DNA of 64,000 bases from Thiohalomonadaceae bacterium (GCA_050287105.1 JBNKBG010000001.1:1546-65545), one strand, 5' to 3'; shown: positions 1 to 10,303, counted from the first letter of the stretch. Program-made: numbers and translations. The notes: generated by a model from the letters alone, not told the origin.

Positions 1-363
1 AAGTTCGATGCCGATGGAAAAATCGTTGCAACGCTCGCGTCCCTCAAAACTGGAGGCACCGGCATGCCAAGCGCGTTGGTGAAACGGTACGTATTGCACC
101 AGTTCGCCATCGCGACGGATCAGTACGTGCGAAGAGACCTGCAATTGATAAATTTCAGCGAAATAGGGATGGACATTCGGATCGAGCCGATTGCAGAACA
201 GGTCGTCGATCCAGGGACCACCGAACTGCTGTGGCGGCAGGCTGATGTTGTGGATGACCAGCAACTCCGGTTCTGGATTGTCGGGACGTTCATCGCAGTT
301 GGGCGAAGGCACCTGGCGCGCCTCACGCAGTAGACCGCTCTCCCTGTCGATATGCAGGCTCAC
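1..363 (-). CDS. ampD: 1,6-anhydro-N-acetylmuramyl-L-alanine amidase AmpD, N-terminal 121 codons (runs off left edge)
   Basis: Own minus-strand translation from GTG at 363 to the window edge, no stop, not in the ORF track: VSLHIDRESGLLREARQVPSPNCDERPDNPEPELLVIHNISLPPQQFGGPWIDDLF...RAWHAGASSFEGRERCNDFSIGIEL. These are typical AmpD/amidase_2 motifs. GTGA overlap with the upstream stop. Confidence 0.8.
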   Translation of the reverse strand, partial: MSLHIDRESGLLREARQVPSPNCDERPDNPEPELLVIHNISLPPQQFGGPWIDDLFCNRLDPNVHPYFAEIYQLQVSSHVLIRRDGELVQYVPFHQRAWHAGASSFEGRERCNDFSIGIEL

Positions 364-701
364 GGCGCTTCCTGCGGCCCCTCTGAGAGGGCGGCGGTAA
401 TCGCGGCCTTGATGTGTTGTGGCAGAGGCTCCGCCTCGATCTGGGCGTGAAAATGGCCATCGCGAAAGAGGAACAGGGACGGCAGATGGAATACATCGAA
501 TTCGTTAGTCAGGGCCTGATCCTGCTGTGCATCTACCTCAAAAAGATTAAGCTCCGCGAACTCCTGTGGATGGCCTTCCAGCACCTGGCGCAACTGGCGA
601 CAGGAGCCGCAACCGGGTGCGGTAAACATAACGAGACTCAGACCCTTGCTATCCGCCAGGGTTGGATGAAAATCGAACTGGTTCAATCTGGTGAGCGCCA
701 T
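360..701 (-). CDS. thioredoxin-like protein (CGSC motif)
   Basis: 113 aa with FTAPGCGSCRQL, a thioredoxin-fold CxxC context. 4-nt overlap with the ampD start. Confidence 0.7.
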   Translation of the reverse strand: MALTRLNQFDFHPTLADSKGLSLVMFTAPGCGSCRQLRQVLEGHPQEFAELNLFEVDAQQDQALTNEFDVFHLPSLFLFRDGHFHAQIEAEPLPQHIKAAITAALSEGPQEAP

Positions 702-715
702 TGCATTGCTCTCCT

Positions 716-1129
716 TTAATCAATATCAGCAAACATCCCTTTCACTACCATGTCAGTGTAACTCACGATGCCCACGACCTCACCGCTTTTATCCACTACC
801 GGACAGCGCGAGAGATGAAAACGGGTAAACAGCCGTGCGCAGTAACGAATGTCCATGTCCGGATCAACGGTGATCACCGGCTTTGCCATCACCTCATAAA
901 CATTGAGCCGTTCTGGTGCGCGATCCTGCGCCAGAATTTTGCGGCCAATGTCGGAGATCAGGAGCATGCCGTATTCATCGTCGTCATGCCGCTTGTTGAC
1001 CACCAGACATTTGGTCTCCACATGCTTCATGGTGGCGACGGCATCACGTACCGTGGCCATACCGTCGACCATATCGAACTTGCGTTTCATCACGTCTTTA
1101 ACGCGAATAACCTTTCTGTCGCTGCCCAT
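716..1129 (-). CDS. CBS domain pair protein
   Basis: 137 aa with two CBS-like halves (VRVKDVM...V.D; VYEVMAKPVITVDPD...PVVDKSGEVVGIVS). Start overlaps the stop of the upstream PII-like gene. Confidence 0.75.
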   Translation of the reverse strand: MGSDRKVIRVKDVMKRKFDMVDGMATVRDAVATMKHVETKCLVVNKRHDDDEYGMLLISDIGRKILAQDRAPERLNVYEVMAKPVITVDPDMDIRYCARLFTRFHLSRCPVVDKSGEVVGIVSYTDMVVKGMFADID

Positions 1130-1479
1130 TAGATTTCCTCCTCTACCGCGGAAGTGAGTTGCTCTACCTGGTGGACGACGCCGACCGCATCCTCCACATC
1201 GATCTGAAAGGCGATCCCGGTGCCAGGTTTTTCGTCAAACTGTCCCACCTGGGCGATCTTCTCCAGAATCTTGCGACTCATGTGCTCCTCCACCAGGAAC
1301 ATCACCATGTCGCGCTGACTTTCCAGGGAGAGACCGAAGAAGGTCTTGCTCTTCTTGACCCCCTCGCCTCGCGCCTGATTAAGTACAGTGGCACCCGTGG
1401 CACCTGCCTCGCGTGCCGCATCCAGTACTGCATCGGTTTTGTCATCCTGTATCAGGGCAACCAGTAGTTTGAAATGCAT
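1129..1479 (-). CDS. P-II family (nitrogen regulatory protein-like) signalling protein
   Basis: 116 aa. The pattern KLLVALIQDDKTDAVLDAAREAGATGATVL..ARGEG fits a PII-like fold. Lies 2 nt downstream of a DUF1538 gene. Confidence 0.65.
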   Translation of the reverse strand: MHFKLLVALIQDDKTDAVLDAAREAGATGATVLNQARGEGVKKSKTFFGLSLESQRDMVMFLVEEHMSRKILEKIAQVGQFDEKPGTGIAFQIDVEDAVGVVHQVEQLTSAVEEEI

Positions 1480-1481
1480 GC

Positions 1482-2267
1482 TTATTCTCCCAGGTTTTCA
1501 CGCTGCCTGTAGCGGCGCGCTCTCCATTCACTCAGTTGTGCATAACCCATCACCGACATGATCGGAAACAGGCTGGCGAAGGCAATCAGGCCGAAGCCGT
1601 CGAGCATTGGACTACGACCCGGCACCGTGCTCGCCAGCCCCAGTCCAAGGGCGGTGACCAGCGGCACAGTGACCGTGGAGGTGGTAACGCCGCCGGAATC
1701 GTAGGCCAGGGCGACGATCAGTTTCGGCGCGTAGAGGGTCTGTATAATCACCACCACGTAACCGGCAATGATGTAATAGTGCAGCGGCGTACCGGTAACA
1801 ATACGGAAGGCACCGAGGGCGATACCGAGCGCAACACCGATTGCCACGGCAGTGCGCAGACCCCAGACACCAATGGCGCCACCGGAGACCTCATTGGCCT
1901 TGATCGCCACGGCGATCAGCGAGGGTTCTGCCACGGTGGTGGCGAAGCCAATGGACAGGGCGAAAAGGTAGACCCACCAGTAGTCATCCCAATGCAGGGC
2001 GCGATCGATATCTCCACCAAGAATGAAGGCCGGATCGGTCAACTGCTTGGCCATCAGTTCGCCAAGCGGAAACAGTGCCTCCTGCAGGCCGATAAGGAAT
2101 AGCGCCAGGCCAAGCAGGACGTAGCCAAATCCGATCAGAACCTTCTTGAGGTTAGCGATGGGACGGCGGATAACGAAGATCTGAAAACCAAAGATGATCA
2201 GGGCGATGGGCAATACATCACGCAGGGTGCCGAGCAGGGTATCCAGAATGAGATGCAGCAGTTCCAT
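1482..2267 (-). CDS. DUF1538 family integral membrane protein
   Basis: 261 aa, multi-TM. The motif [25 protein letters not shown] is shared with its paralog directly upstream. Confidence 0.7.
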   Translation of the reverse strand: MELLHLILDTLLGTLRDVLPIALIIFGFQIFVIRRPIANLKKVLIGFGYVLLGLALFLIGLQEALFPLGELMAKQLTDPAFILGGDIDRALHWDDYWWVYLFALSIGFATTVAEPSLIAVAIKANEVSGGAIGVWGLRTAVAIGVALGIALGAFRIVTGTPLHYYIIAGYVVVIIQTLYAPKLIVALAYDSGGVTTSTVTVPLVTALGLGLASTVPGRSPMLDGFGLIAFASLFPIMSVMGYAQLSEWRARRYRQRENLGE

Positions 2268-3004
2268 CAGCCGATCACCATGCCGTAGCCCATGACGAAG
2301 ATCATCGGTGTGAGTGAAGCGAAGGCGATCAGACCGAAGCCGTCGACCATCGGGTTGCGCCCCTTGATCGATGAGGCAAGACCGACACCGAGCGCCGTCA
2401 CCAGCGGTACGGTGATGGTGGAGGTGGTGACACCGCCGGAGTCGTAGGCGATGCCGATGATCTCTTCCGGGGCGAACATGGTCATCACTACTACGCCGAT
2501 GTAGCCGCCAATGATCAGATATTGAATCGGCCAGCCTTTGAGGATGCGCATCACGCCAAGGACAATGGCAAAACCGACAGAGAGTGCAACCGTGTAGCGA
2601 AGACCGCTGGCATAACTGGCCATGGATGCCTCTGAATGTTCGATCATCCCGCCCAGGGCAGCAACTTCCGCCGCCTCCCCTGCTACGGCGATCAGCGCCG
2701 GCTCCGCGACGGTGGTACCGAAACCGAGGGCGAAGGCGAAAGCTAGCAACCAGAACAGGCTACCCTTGCGGGCAAAATCGTAGGCCATACTTTCGCCGAT
2801 GGGGAAGAGCCCCATCTCCAGACCACGAATGAACAGGGTCAGGCCGAGTACCACCATCAGGGTACCGAAGAGCATGGCACCGAGGTTAGGGATGGGCTGC
2901 TGTAACACCACGATCTGGAAGAAACCGATAACAAGGATGATCGGCGCCAGATCACGCAGGCTATCCATAAAGGGACGTAAAACAGCAGGCAGGGGGAGAT
3001 TCAA
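2267..3004 (-). CDS. DUF1538 family integral membrane protein (paralog)
   Basis: 245 aa, multi-TM. The motif [25 protein letters not shown] is present. 1-nt stop/start overlap with the next gene. Confidence 0.7.
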   Translation of the reverse strand: MNLPLPAVLRPFMDSLRDLAPIILVIGFFQIVVLQQPIPNLGAMLFGTLMVVLGLTLFIRGLEMGLFPIGESMAYDFARKGSLFWLLAFAFALGFGTTVAEPALIAVAGEAAEVAALGGMIEHSEASMASYASGLRYTVALSVGFAIVLGVMRILKGWPIQYLIIGGYIGVVVMTMFAPEEIIGIAYDSGGVTTSTITVPLVTALGVGLASSIKGRNPMVDGFGLIAFASLTPMIFVMGYGMVIG

Positions 3005-3090
3005 AACTCAGCTCGTCATGGTTTGCGAATGTTTTGTTAAAGGTACACTATTGCCTCACCCGTGCAACCTTAGCCAATCGTTTCAAAACT

Positions 3091-3624
3091 ATGTCTCAAC
3101 AAACTCCTCAACGGGACAGTGCACACCGTACCGGCAAAGTCATGACTATTGCAGGCTGGATTGCCGGCCTCGCTCTTCTGACGCTGCTGTTTAACAACGT
3201 ACTCGAGAAACAGGAGAATCCCAATCAGCGCGTTGCCGCACGGATGGGGGATGGTGGGGTACGTGAGGTGGTGCTGCAGCGCAATCGTTATGGCCACTAC
3301 GTTGCCAATGGTGAGATCAATGGCCGTACGGTGGAGTTTTTGCTTGATACCGGCGCCACTGATGTTTCGATACCACAGTCCCTGGCAGCGCGATTGGGTC
3401 TGGAGCGTGGTCAACCGATTACCTACAACACTGCCAACGGCAATATCACCGCCTACCTGACACGCATTCGGGATTTACGCCTCGGTAATATTGCACTGCA
3501 GGACATTCCGGCGAGCATCAATCCTTATAAAGGTGACGAGACCATTTTGCTGGGCATGAGTTTTCTCAAGCATCTGGAGTTTACCCAGCGTGGCGATACG
3601 CTGATAATCCGGCAGTATCCATGA
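3091..3624 (+). CDS. retropepsin-like (clan AA) aspartic protease with N-terminal TM segment
   Basis: FLLDTGATDVSIP active-site motif and one TM helix. Start chosen at the internal ATG at 3091 (MSQQTPQRD); the ORF opens at 3034. Confidence 0.7.
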   Translation: MSQQTPQRDSAHRTGKVMTIAGWIAGLALLTLLFNNVLEKQENPNQRVAARMGDGGVREVVLQRNRYGHYVANGEINGRTVEFLLDTGATDVSIPQSLAARLGLERGQPITYNTANGNITAYLTRIRDLRLGNIALQDIPASINPYKGDETILLGMSFLKHLEFTQRGDTLIIRQYP

Positions 3625-3675
3625 CGAATAAATACCGCCTTTGCCGGGCGATGAAATAATAACGGGGGAAATGAG

Positions 3676-5034
3676 ATGGATGGCTTAATTGGGCAATTGA
3701 CCGAATGGACCGGAGAGCTTTCGAGCCTGTTGTGGGGTAACTACCTCACCCTGATCGCCCTGTTGGGCACCGGCATCTACCTGACCCTGCGCATGGGCTT
3801 TGTCCAGCTCAAGGGTTTTCGCCACAGCATCCAGCTCATCAGTGGCAAATACAGCGACCCGAGTCACCAGGGTGAGGTGTCGCACTTCCAGGCCCTGGCC
3901 ACCGCCCTCTCCGCCACCGTTGGCACCGGTAATATCGCCGGGGTCGCTACGGCGATCTCACTCGGTGGGCCGGGGGCGCTGTTCTGGATGTGGGTCACCG
4001 CCTTTGTTGGCATGGCCTCCAAATTCACCGAATGTACCCTGTCACTGAAATTCCGCGAGGTCGCCCCTGATGGGCAAATCTCCGGCGGACCGATGTACAC
4101 CCTGCTGCACGGGCTGAAGATGCCACGTACTGCGACCCTCTTCGCCAGTTTCGCCCTGATCGCCTCTTTCGGTATCGGCAATATGGTGCAGGCCAACTCA
4201 GTGGTCGATGGGCTGGGCTATATCTGGCCGGAGATCAAACAGGCAAGCTGGATGATTGGTACCGGGATGGCCATGCTGGTCGGACTGGTGATCCTCGGCG
4301 GAGTAAAGCGCATCGCCAAGGTGGCCAGCGCCATCGTCCCCTTTATGGCCGTACTCTATGTCTCTGCTGCGCTGATTGTGCTGTTCAACTATATCGATGC
4401 CATTCCGGCTGCCTTCACCACGATCCTCAATCACGCCCTCAACCCCTGGTCGGTAGGCGGTGCGGCTGTAGGTGAAGCGATCCGCTGGGGTGTGGCGCGC
4501 GGTCTCTTCTCCAATGAGGCCGGACTCGGTTCCTCACCGATGGCCCATGCCGCCGCACGCACCAACGAGCCGGTACGCGAGGGTTTGGTGGCGATGATGG
4601 AACCGTTCATCGACACCATCGTGATCTGTACCATGACCGGCCTGGTGATCGTGGTCACCGGTGCCTATGCCAGTGCACCGAAAGATGCGGTGGGTGCGGC
4701 ACTCACCGCCTACGCCTTCAGCCAGAGCCTGGGATCGGGCGGGGCAATGGTTGTGGGCATCGGCCTGGCGCTGTTTGCCTTCTCCACCATCATCGCCTGG
4801 TCCTATTACGGTGATCGCTCGGCGCACTTCCTCTTCGGCGAGAAGGCGGTGATGCCCTACCGGGTGGTCTATACGTTACTGGTAGTCTTCGGTGCAGCGG
4901 TTCCGCTCAATTTGGTATGGAACATCGCCGATGTCACCAATATTCTGATGGCACTGCCAAATCTGCTTTCACTGCTGTTGCTGGCTGGCCTGGTAAAGAA
5001 ATTGAAGGATGGTTATTTCGCCAGCGGCCATTAG
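3676..5034 (+). CDS. alanine/glycine:cation symporter (AGCS family)
   Basis: 452 aa, polytopic. FQALATALSATVGTGNIAGVATAI and FSNEAGLGSSP motifs are typical of sodium:alanine symporters. Confidence 0.85.
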   Translation: MDGLIGQLTEWTGELSSLLWGNYLTLIALLGTGIYLTLRMGFVQLKGFRHSIQLISGKYSDPSHQGEVSHFQALATALSATVGTGNIAGVATAISLGGPGALFWMWVTAFVGMASKFTECTLSLKFREVAPDGQISGGPMYTLLHGLKMPRTATLFASFALIASFGIGNMVQANSVVDGLGYIWPEIKQASWMIGTGMAMLVGLVILGGVKRIAKVASAIVPFMAVLYVSAALIVLFNYIDAIPAAFTTILNHALNPWSVGGAAVGEAIRWGVARGLFSNEAGLGSSPMAHAAARTNEPVREGLVAMMEPFIDTIVICTMTGLVIVVTGAYASAPKDAVGAALTAYAFSQSLGSGGAMVVGIGLALFAFSTIIAWSYYGDRSAHFLFGEKAVMPYRVVYTLLVVFGAAVPLNLVWNIADVTNILMALPNLLSLLLLAGLVKKLKDGYFASGH

Positions 5035-5065
5035 CCAGAGCAACAATGAGCAGTGTAATATTGCC

Positions 5066-5095
5066 GGACCCGCTGCGTGCGGGTCTGTTTCTATT
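5066..5095 (+). terminator. putative rho-independent terminator after the symporter gene
   Basis: gacccgc-tgcgt-gcgggtc hairpin followed by tgtttctatt. Confidence 0.5.
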
Positions 5096-5118
5096 CACTT
5101 CTGCGGGAGAAAAAACTA

Positions 5119-5463
5119 ATGAGCGAAATCACCACCACATCAGGCCTTAAAATCGAAGAACTGAAAGAAGGCGAAGGCAGCATTGCCGAAAGCGGGCAAA
5201 CGGTATCGGTGCACTACACCGGCTGGCTGACCGACGGCACCAAATTCGACTCCAGCAAGGATCGTAACCAGCCGTTTAGCTTTAACCTCGGTGCCGGCAT
5301 GGTCATAAAGGGCTGGGACGAAGGGGTTGCCGGAATGAAGATTGGCGGTACACGCAAGCTGACCATTCCTTCGCAACTGGGTTATGGCGCGCGCGGTGCA
5401 GGTGGTGTGATCCCGCCGGATGCCACACTGATCTTCGAGGTTGAACTGCTGGACATTCTCTGA
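5119..5463 (+). CDS. FKBP-type peptidyl-prolyl cis-trans isomerase
   Basis: [20 protein letters not shown]...[16 protein letters not shown]...[15 protein letters not shown] ribosome-binding site (RBS) 8 nt upstream of the ATG at 5119. Confidence 0.9.
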   Translation: MSEITTTSGLKIEELKEGEGSIAESGQTVSVHYTGWLTDGTKFDSSKDRNQPFSFNLGAGMVIKGWDEGVAGMKIGGTRKLTIPSQLGYGARGAGGVIPPDATLIFEVELLDIL

Positions 5464-5464
5464 A

Positions 5465-6313
5465 GTGACCACCGCACTAACTATCGAAACCATCCGCGAG
5501 CAGGCACGCATCGCACTTGCTGAGGATATCGGCAAGGGCGATATCACTGGCGCCCTGATCGCCAAGTCGGCCGTTGCCACGGCCAGGGTGATCTGCCGGG
5601 AAAACGCGGTGATCTGTGGCTGTGAATGGTTTAACCAGGTATTTGCCCTGCTCGATACGTCGATACATATCGATTGGCATGTGGAAGATGGTTACCGGGT
5701 CGAACCCGGAAAAATGCTCTGCTCCCTGACCGGCCCCGCCAGGGCGCTGTTAAGTGGTGAAAGAACCGCACTCAACTTCCTGCAAACCCTCTCCGGTACC
5801 GCTACGCGGGCGGCGCAGTATGTGGCCGCAGTGGAAGGTACCGAGGTAAAGGTGCTCGATACCCGCAAAACCCTGCCGGGACTACGACTGGCGCAGAAAT
5901 ATGCGGTGAAGTGTGGTGGCGGGCAAAATCACCGTATCGGCCTGTTCGACGGGGTGCTGATAAAGGAGAACCACATCGCCGCCGCTGGCTCTATCGCCAA
6001 TGCGGTGGGGTGGGCACGCCAAACGACACCGCCAGGTATGCAGGTTGAGGTCGAAGTGGAGAATATGCAGGAGATCGAGGAGGCGCTGGTCGCAGGTGCC
6101 GATATTCTGCTACTGGACAATATGACCCCCGGCCAGCTGCGTGAGGCGGTAGACCGGGTCAAGGGGCGCGCCCTGCTGGAGGCATCTGGCGGGATAACAT
6201 TAGGAAATATAAGAGAAATTGCTGAAACCGGGGTCGACTTTATCTCCGTAGGGGAGATGACCAAGAATGTGGCGGCCATCGACCTCTCAATGCGTTTTAG
6301 CAGCCCGAGCTGA
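5465..6313 (+). CDS. nadC: nicotinate-nucleotide diphosphorylase (carboxylating)
   Basis: Motifs [38 protein letters not shown]. Start set at GTG 5465; the track ORF opens at 5441 and would overlap the FKBP gene. Confidence 0.9.
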   Translation: MTTALTIETIREQARIALAEDIGKGDITGALIAKSAVATARVICRENAVICGCEWFNQVFALLDTSIHIDWHVEDGYRVEPGKMLCSLTGPARALLSGERTALNFLQTLSGTATRAAQYVAAVEGTEVKVLDTRKTLPGLRLAQKYAVKCGGGQNHRIGLFDGVLIKENHIAAAGSIANAVGWARQTTPPGMQVEVEVENMQEIEEALVAGADILLLDNMTPGQLREAVDRVKGRALLEASGGITLGNIREIAETGVDFISVGEMTKNVAAIDLSMRFSSPS

Positions 6314-6442
6314 ACCTCCCACGCGCCACATCAGGACTTGAACGGGTTTCCATTCTCAAAGAATACCAGTAGAAATAAAACGTAAAATAACATAAGGTTA
6401 GCTAGCGGTTCCGCTTACAATAAAACCTTTGGTATCAAGGAT

Positions 6443-8158
6443 ATGGCAACGACCAAGCTCAATGTGAACCTCAGCGGTCTGGCGCGAAAGCTGATCAACG
6501 ATGGTTTGCTCAGCGAGGAGGATGCGCTGCAGGCCACCGATGAGGCCGCCAAGCAGAAAATCCCCTTCGTCACATACGTTGTCGGCAAGAACAAGATTGG
6601 CGCTCGCGACCTGGCCATGGCCGCCTCGCAGGAGTTTGGCGTACCGGTTTTTGATCTGGATGCGATGGAGCTGGATAGCGACGTTACCAAGATGGTCAGC
6701 GAAAAGCTGGTCCGGCAACATCACGCACTCCCCTTATTCAAACGCGGCAACCGCATGTTTGTCGCGGTTTCTGACCCAACCAATCTGGTTGCGCTCGACG
6801 AAATCCGCTTCCATGTCAGTGCCCATACCGAGGCGGTACTGGTTGAGGAGAACAAGCTCAGCCACATGATCGACCGGGCGATGGAGGCACATGACACCTC
6901 CATGTCCGATTTCGGCGACTCCTCTCTGGATGACCTGGATATTACTGCCGAAGATGAAGATAAGGATAAGGATACCGGCAATGACATGGAAATCGACGAC
7001 GCGCCGGTCGTCCGTTTCGTCAACAAAATTCTGCTCGATGCGATCAACAAGGGCGCATCGGATATCCACTTTGAACCCTACGAAAAACGCTACCGTGTGC
7101 GTTTCCGTCAGGACGGCATGTTGTATGAAATGGCCAACCCGCCTATTCAGCTATCTGGCAAAATATCAGCACGTATCAAGGTTATGTCACGACTGGATAT
7201 CTCGGAGAAACGTGTTCCGCAGGATGGCCGAATCAAGTTGACCCTCTCCAAAAACAAGGCCATCGACTTTCGTGTCAGTACCTGCCCGACGCTGTTTGGT
7301 GAGAAGATCGTACTGCGTATTCTCGATCCCTCCAGCGCCAAGCTCGGTATCGATGCCCTGGGCTACGAGCCTGAGCAGAAAGATCTCTATATGGAAAACC
7401 TGGCCAAGCCTTATGGCATGATTTTGGTTACTGGTCCGACCGGTTCGGGTAAAACTGTTTCGCTCTACACCGGAATAAATATTCTCAATACCTCCAGCGT
7501 CAATATTTCCACGGCGGAAGACCCGGCAGAGATTAACCTTGAGGGGATTAACCAGGTTAACGTGAACCCCAAAGTGGGTCTGACCTTCGCTGCGGCGCTT
7601 AAGGCGTTCCTGCGCCAGGATCCAGACATCATCATGGTGGGTGAGATTCGAGACCTTGAGACGGCTGAAATTGCCATCAAGGCAGCACAAACCGGTCACA
7701 TGGTTATGTCTACCCTGCACACCAACGACGCACCACAAACTATTGCTCGTTTGATGAATATAGGTGTACCACCCTATAACATCGCCTCAGCATTAAACCT
7801 GATCATTGCCCAACGTCTTGCACGGCGCCTGTGTAATCAGTGCAAAAAGATCGAAGAGGTCCCCAAAGAAGCTCTGCTTGAAGAAGGTTTTAAGGCCGAA
7901 GAAATCCCAAAACTCAAACTATTCAAGGCAGTTGGCTGCGATCAATGCACCGATGGCTATAAGGGACGAGTTGGTATCTATCAGGTACTTCCTATCTCTG
8001 AAGAGATGGGGAAATTGATCATGAAAGGTGCTTCAGCCTATGAGATGGCCGATCAGGCACAGAAAGAGGGTATTCCGGATCTGCGCGCTTCAGCTCTAAA
8101 GAAGGTAAAGGAAGGCGTAACCAGCCTCGAAGAAATTAACCGAGTGACCAAGGATTAA
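6443..8158 (+). CDS. pilB: type IV pilus assembly ATPase PilB
   Basis: 571 aa. Has a GSPII N-terminal domain, Walker A GPTGSGKT, and a tetracysteine CNQC...CDQC motif. Confidence 0.95.
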   Translation: MATTKLNVNLSGLARKLINDGLLSEEDALQATDEAAKQKIPFVTYVVGKNKIGARDLAMAASQEFGVPVFDLDAMELDSDVTKMVSEKLVRQHHALPLFKRGNRMFVAVSDPTNLVALDEIRFHVSAHTEAVLVEENKLSHMIDRAMEAHDTSMSDFGDSSLDDLDITAEDEDKDKDTGNDMEIDDAPVVRFVNKILLDAINKGASDIHFEPYEKRYRVRFRQDGMLYEMANPPIQLSGKISARIKVMSRLDISEKRVPQDGRIKLTLSKNKAIDFRVSTCPTLFGEKIVLRILDPSSAKLGIDALGYEPEQKDLYMENLAKPYGMILVTGPTGSGKTVSLYTGINILNTSSVNISTAEDPAEINLEGINQVNVNPKVGLTFAAALKAFLRQDPDIIMVGEIRDLETAEIAIKAAQTGHMVMSTLHTNDAPQTIARLMNIGVPPYNIASALNLIIAQRLARRLCNQCKKIEEVPKEALLEEGFKAEEIPKLKLFKAVGCDQCTDGYKGRVGIYQVLPISEEMGKLIMKGASAYEMADQAQKEGIPDLRASALKKVKEGVTSLEEINRVTKD

Positions 8159-8166
8159 GTAATATT

Positions 8167-9417
8167 ATGGCGCAAACGGCTAAAGCAAAGGCAAAACCAG
8201 TCCAGACTGACATCTTCCTCTGGGAAGGAGTAGACAGAAAGGGTGCAAAAAAGAAGGGGGAGATCCAGGCCAATAATATGGTATTGGCTAAAGCTGAACT
8301 GCGCCGCCAAGGTGTTAATCCTACAAAAGTAAAACGTAAGCCAAAAGCACTTTTTGGTAGTGGTGGAGATAGTAGAGGGCGAAAGATTCAGGCCAAAGAT
8401 ATTGCAATCTTCGCACGCCAATTAGCAACCATGATGTCGTCTGGTGTACCTTTGGTACAATCATTTGAAATCATGGCTAAAGGGTCAGATAATCCAAGAC
8501 TTCGCAACCTAATTAATACCGTAAAAAATGATGTTGAAGGTGGTACTACATTATCCGACGCATTCAGGCGTCAACCAAAGTATTTTGATGACTTAGTCTG
8601 CAATCTGGTCAATGCAGGTGAGCAAGCTGGTATTCTGGAAAGCCTCCTTGACAAGATTGCGACCTATAAGGAAAAAACAGAGGCAATTAAATCCAAAGTA
8701 AAGAAGGCACTTTTCTATCCTATTGCTGTTGTGGTTGTTGCTTTCATAATCACTGCAATACTCTTAATCTATGTAATACCGCAATTCAAAGCTTTATTTT
8801 CCAATTTTGGTGCTGACTTACCAGCTCTGACCTTGATGGTCATTCAGCTTTCTGAAATTTTCCAGGAATACTGGTATGTTATTTTTGGTGGCCTTGCTTT
8901 ATTTGGATTTGCATTCGTTAGATTGAAACAAAGATCGAAAACCTTTAGTGATCAGCTTGAGCGTTTTTCTCTCAGCATCCCGGTAATCGGAAATATTCTC
9001 AACAAAGCAGCAATCGCAAGATTTGCTCGTACACTATCTACAATGTTTGCAGCTGGTGTGCCTTTAGTTGAAGCACTGGAATCTGTTGCCGGGGCTGTTG
9101 GTAATGCTAAATATCGCGCTGCTGTGATTCAGATGCGTGGTTCCGTCTCAACGGGTACCTCAATTACAGCCGCTATGGAACAAGTGAATGTTTTCCCTAA
9201 TATGGTTGTACAAATGGCCTCCATTGGTGAAGAGGCGGGTTCCCTAGATCATATGCTGGGAAAAGTAGCCGATTTCTACGAGCAGGAAGTAGATGATTTG
9301 GTAGACGGACTTAGTAGTCTTTTAGAACCCCTTATCATGGCCGTCCTGGGTGTTATCGTTGGTGGGCTAGTAATCGCGATGTATCTACCGATATTCAAAA
9401 TGGGCTCCGTTGTATAG
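8167..9417 (+). CDS. pilC: type IV pilus inner-membrane platform protein PilC
   Basis: 416 aa with two GspF-like repeats. Position follows pilB. Confidence 0.9.
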   Translation: MAQTAKAKAKPVQTDIFLWEGVDRKGAKKKGEIQANNMVLAKAELRRQGVNPTKVKRKPKALFGSGGDSRGRKIQAKDIAIFARQLATMMSSGVPLVQSFEIMAKGSDNPRLRNLINTVKNDVEGGTTLSDAFRRQPKYFDDLVCNLVNAGEQAGILESLLDKIATYKEKTEAIKSKVKKALFYPIAVVVVAFIITAILLIYVIPQFKALFSNFGADLPALTLMVIQLSEIFQEYWYVIFGGLALFGFAFVRLKQRSKTFSDQLERFSLSIPVIGNILNKAAIARFARTLSTMFAAGVPLVEALESVAGAVGNAKYRAAVIQMRGSVSTGTSITAAMEQVNVFPNMVVQMASIGEEAGSLDHMLGKVADFYEQEVDDLVDGLSSLLEPLIMAVLGVIVGGLVIAMYLPIFKMGSVV

Positions 9418-9425
9418 CCACTCAG

Positions 9426-10301
9426 ATGTTTGATTCTCTTACATTACTGTTTAGTACACAGCCAATCGCACTTGCGTTCTGTACTGCGGCACTAGGGCTC
9501 ATCATTGGTAGCTTCCTCAATGTTGTTATTTTCCGATTGCCGGAAATCCTGAAACGTGATTGGGAAAAGCAATGCCAAGAACTACTAAACCAAGAGAGTC
9601 AGAAGGCCGCCGCTCCATTCAATCTAATTATTCCCCGCTCTCATTGTCCTAGTTGCGGACACCCAATTGGTGTCTTTGAGAATATTCCTGTAGTTAGCTA
9701 TTTACTGCAACGAGGTCGTTGCAGGCACTGCAGTGCATCAATTTCTCCACGTTACCCGGCAATTGAAATACTTACAGCACTTTTATCCTGTTTTGTTGCA
9801 TGGAAGTTCGGATTCACTTTACACACTTTGTTTGCCATGGTGCTGACGTGGGCATTGATCGCACTATCATTCATTGATATTGACCATCAGCTGCTACCCG
9901 ATGATATTACCCTGCCCTTTCTCTGGTTTGGTTTAAGCTTAAGTCTCTTTGGTGTTTTTACCGACATGCAATCTGCCATTATCGGTGCCATGGCAGGATA
10001 TTTATCACTCTGGAGCGTATACCAACTCTTCAAACTCATCACCGGCAAGGAAGGTATGGGGTATGGTGATTTCAAGTTGCTCGCTCTTTTCGGAGCGTGG
10101 CTAGGTTGGTCTATGTTGCCACTTATCATTCTGCTTTCATCGCTTGTTGGTGCAATCATAGGTATTACCATGATTGCCGTCATGGGTAGAGACCGGCAGA
10201 TACCTATCCCCTTCGGACCCTATCTGGCTATTGCGGGGTGGATTGCCATGCTTTGGGGTAATGATATCAATACAGCATATCTAGCCTTCTCGACGCAGTA
10301 G
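9426..10301 (+). CDS. pilD: prepilin peptidase / N-methyltransferase PilD
   Basis: 291 aa, polytopic. Has the CPSC...CRHC zinc motif and GMGYGDFKL active-site region. Confidence 0.9.
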   Translation: MFDSLTLLFSTQPIALAFCTAALGLIIGSFLNVVIFRLPEILKRDWEKQCQELLNQESQKAAAPFNLIIPRSHCPSCGHPIGVFENIPVVSYLLQRGRCRHCSASISPRYPAIEILTALLSCFVAWKFGFTLHTLFAMVLTWALIALSFIDIDHQLLPDDITLPFLWFGLSLSLFGVFTDMQSAIIGAMAGYLSLWSVYQLFKLITGKEGMGYGDFKLLALFGAWLGWSMLPLIILLSSLVGAIIGITMIAVMGRDRQIPIPFGPYLAIAGWIAMLWGNDINTAYLAFSTQ

Positions 10302-10303
10302 CA

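Noticed and set aside
64-333. 89-aa plus-strand ORF at the left edge
   Set aside because: The opposite strand, in a frame not listed in the ORF track because it has no stop in the window, gives an unmistakable AmpD N-terminus.
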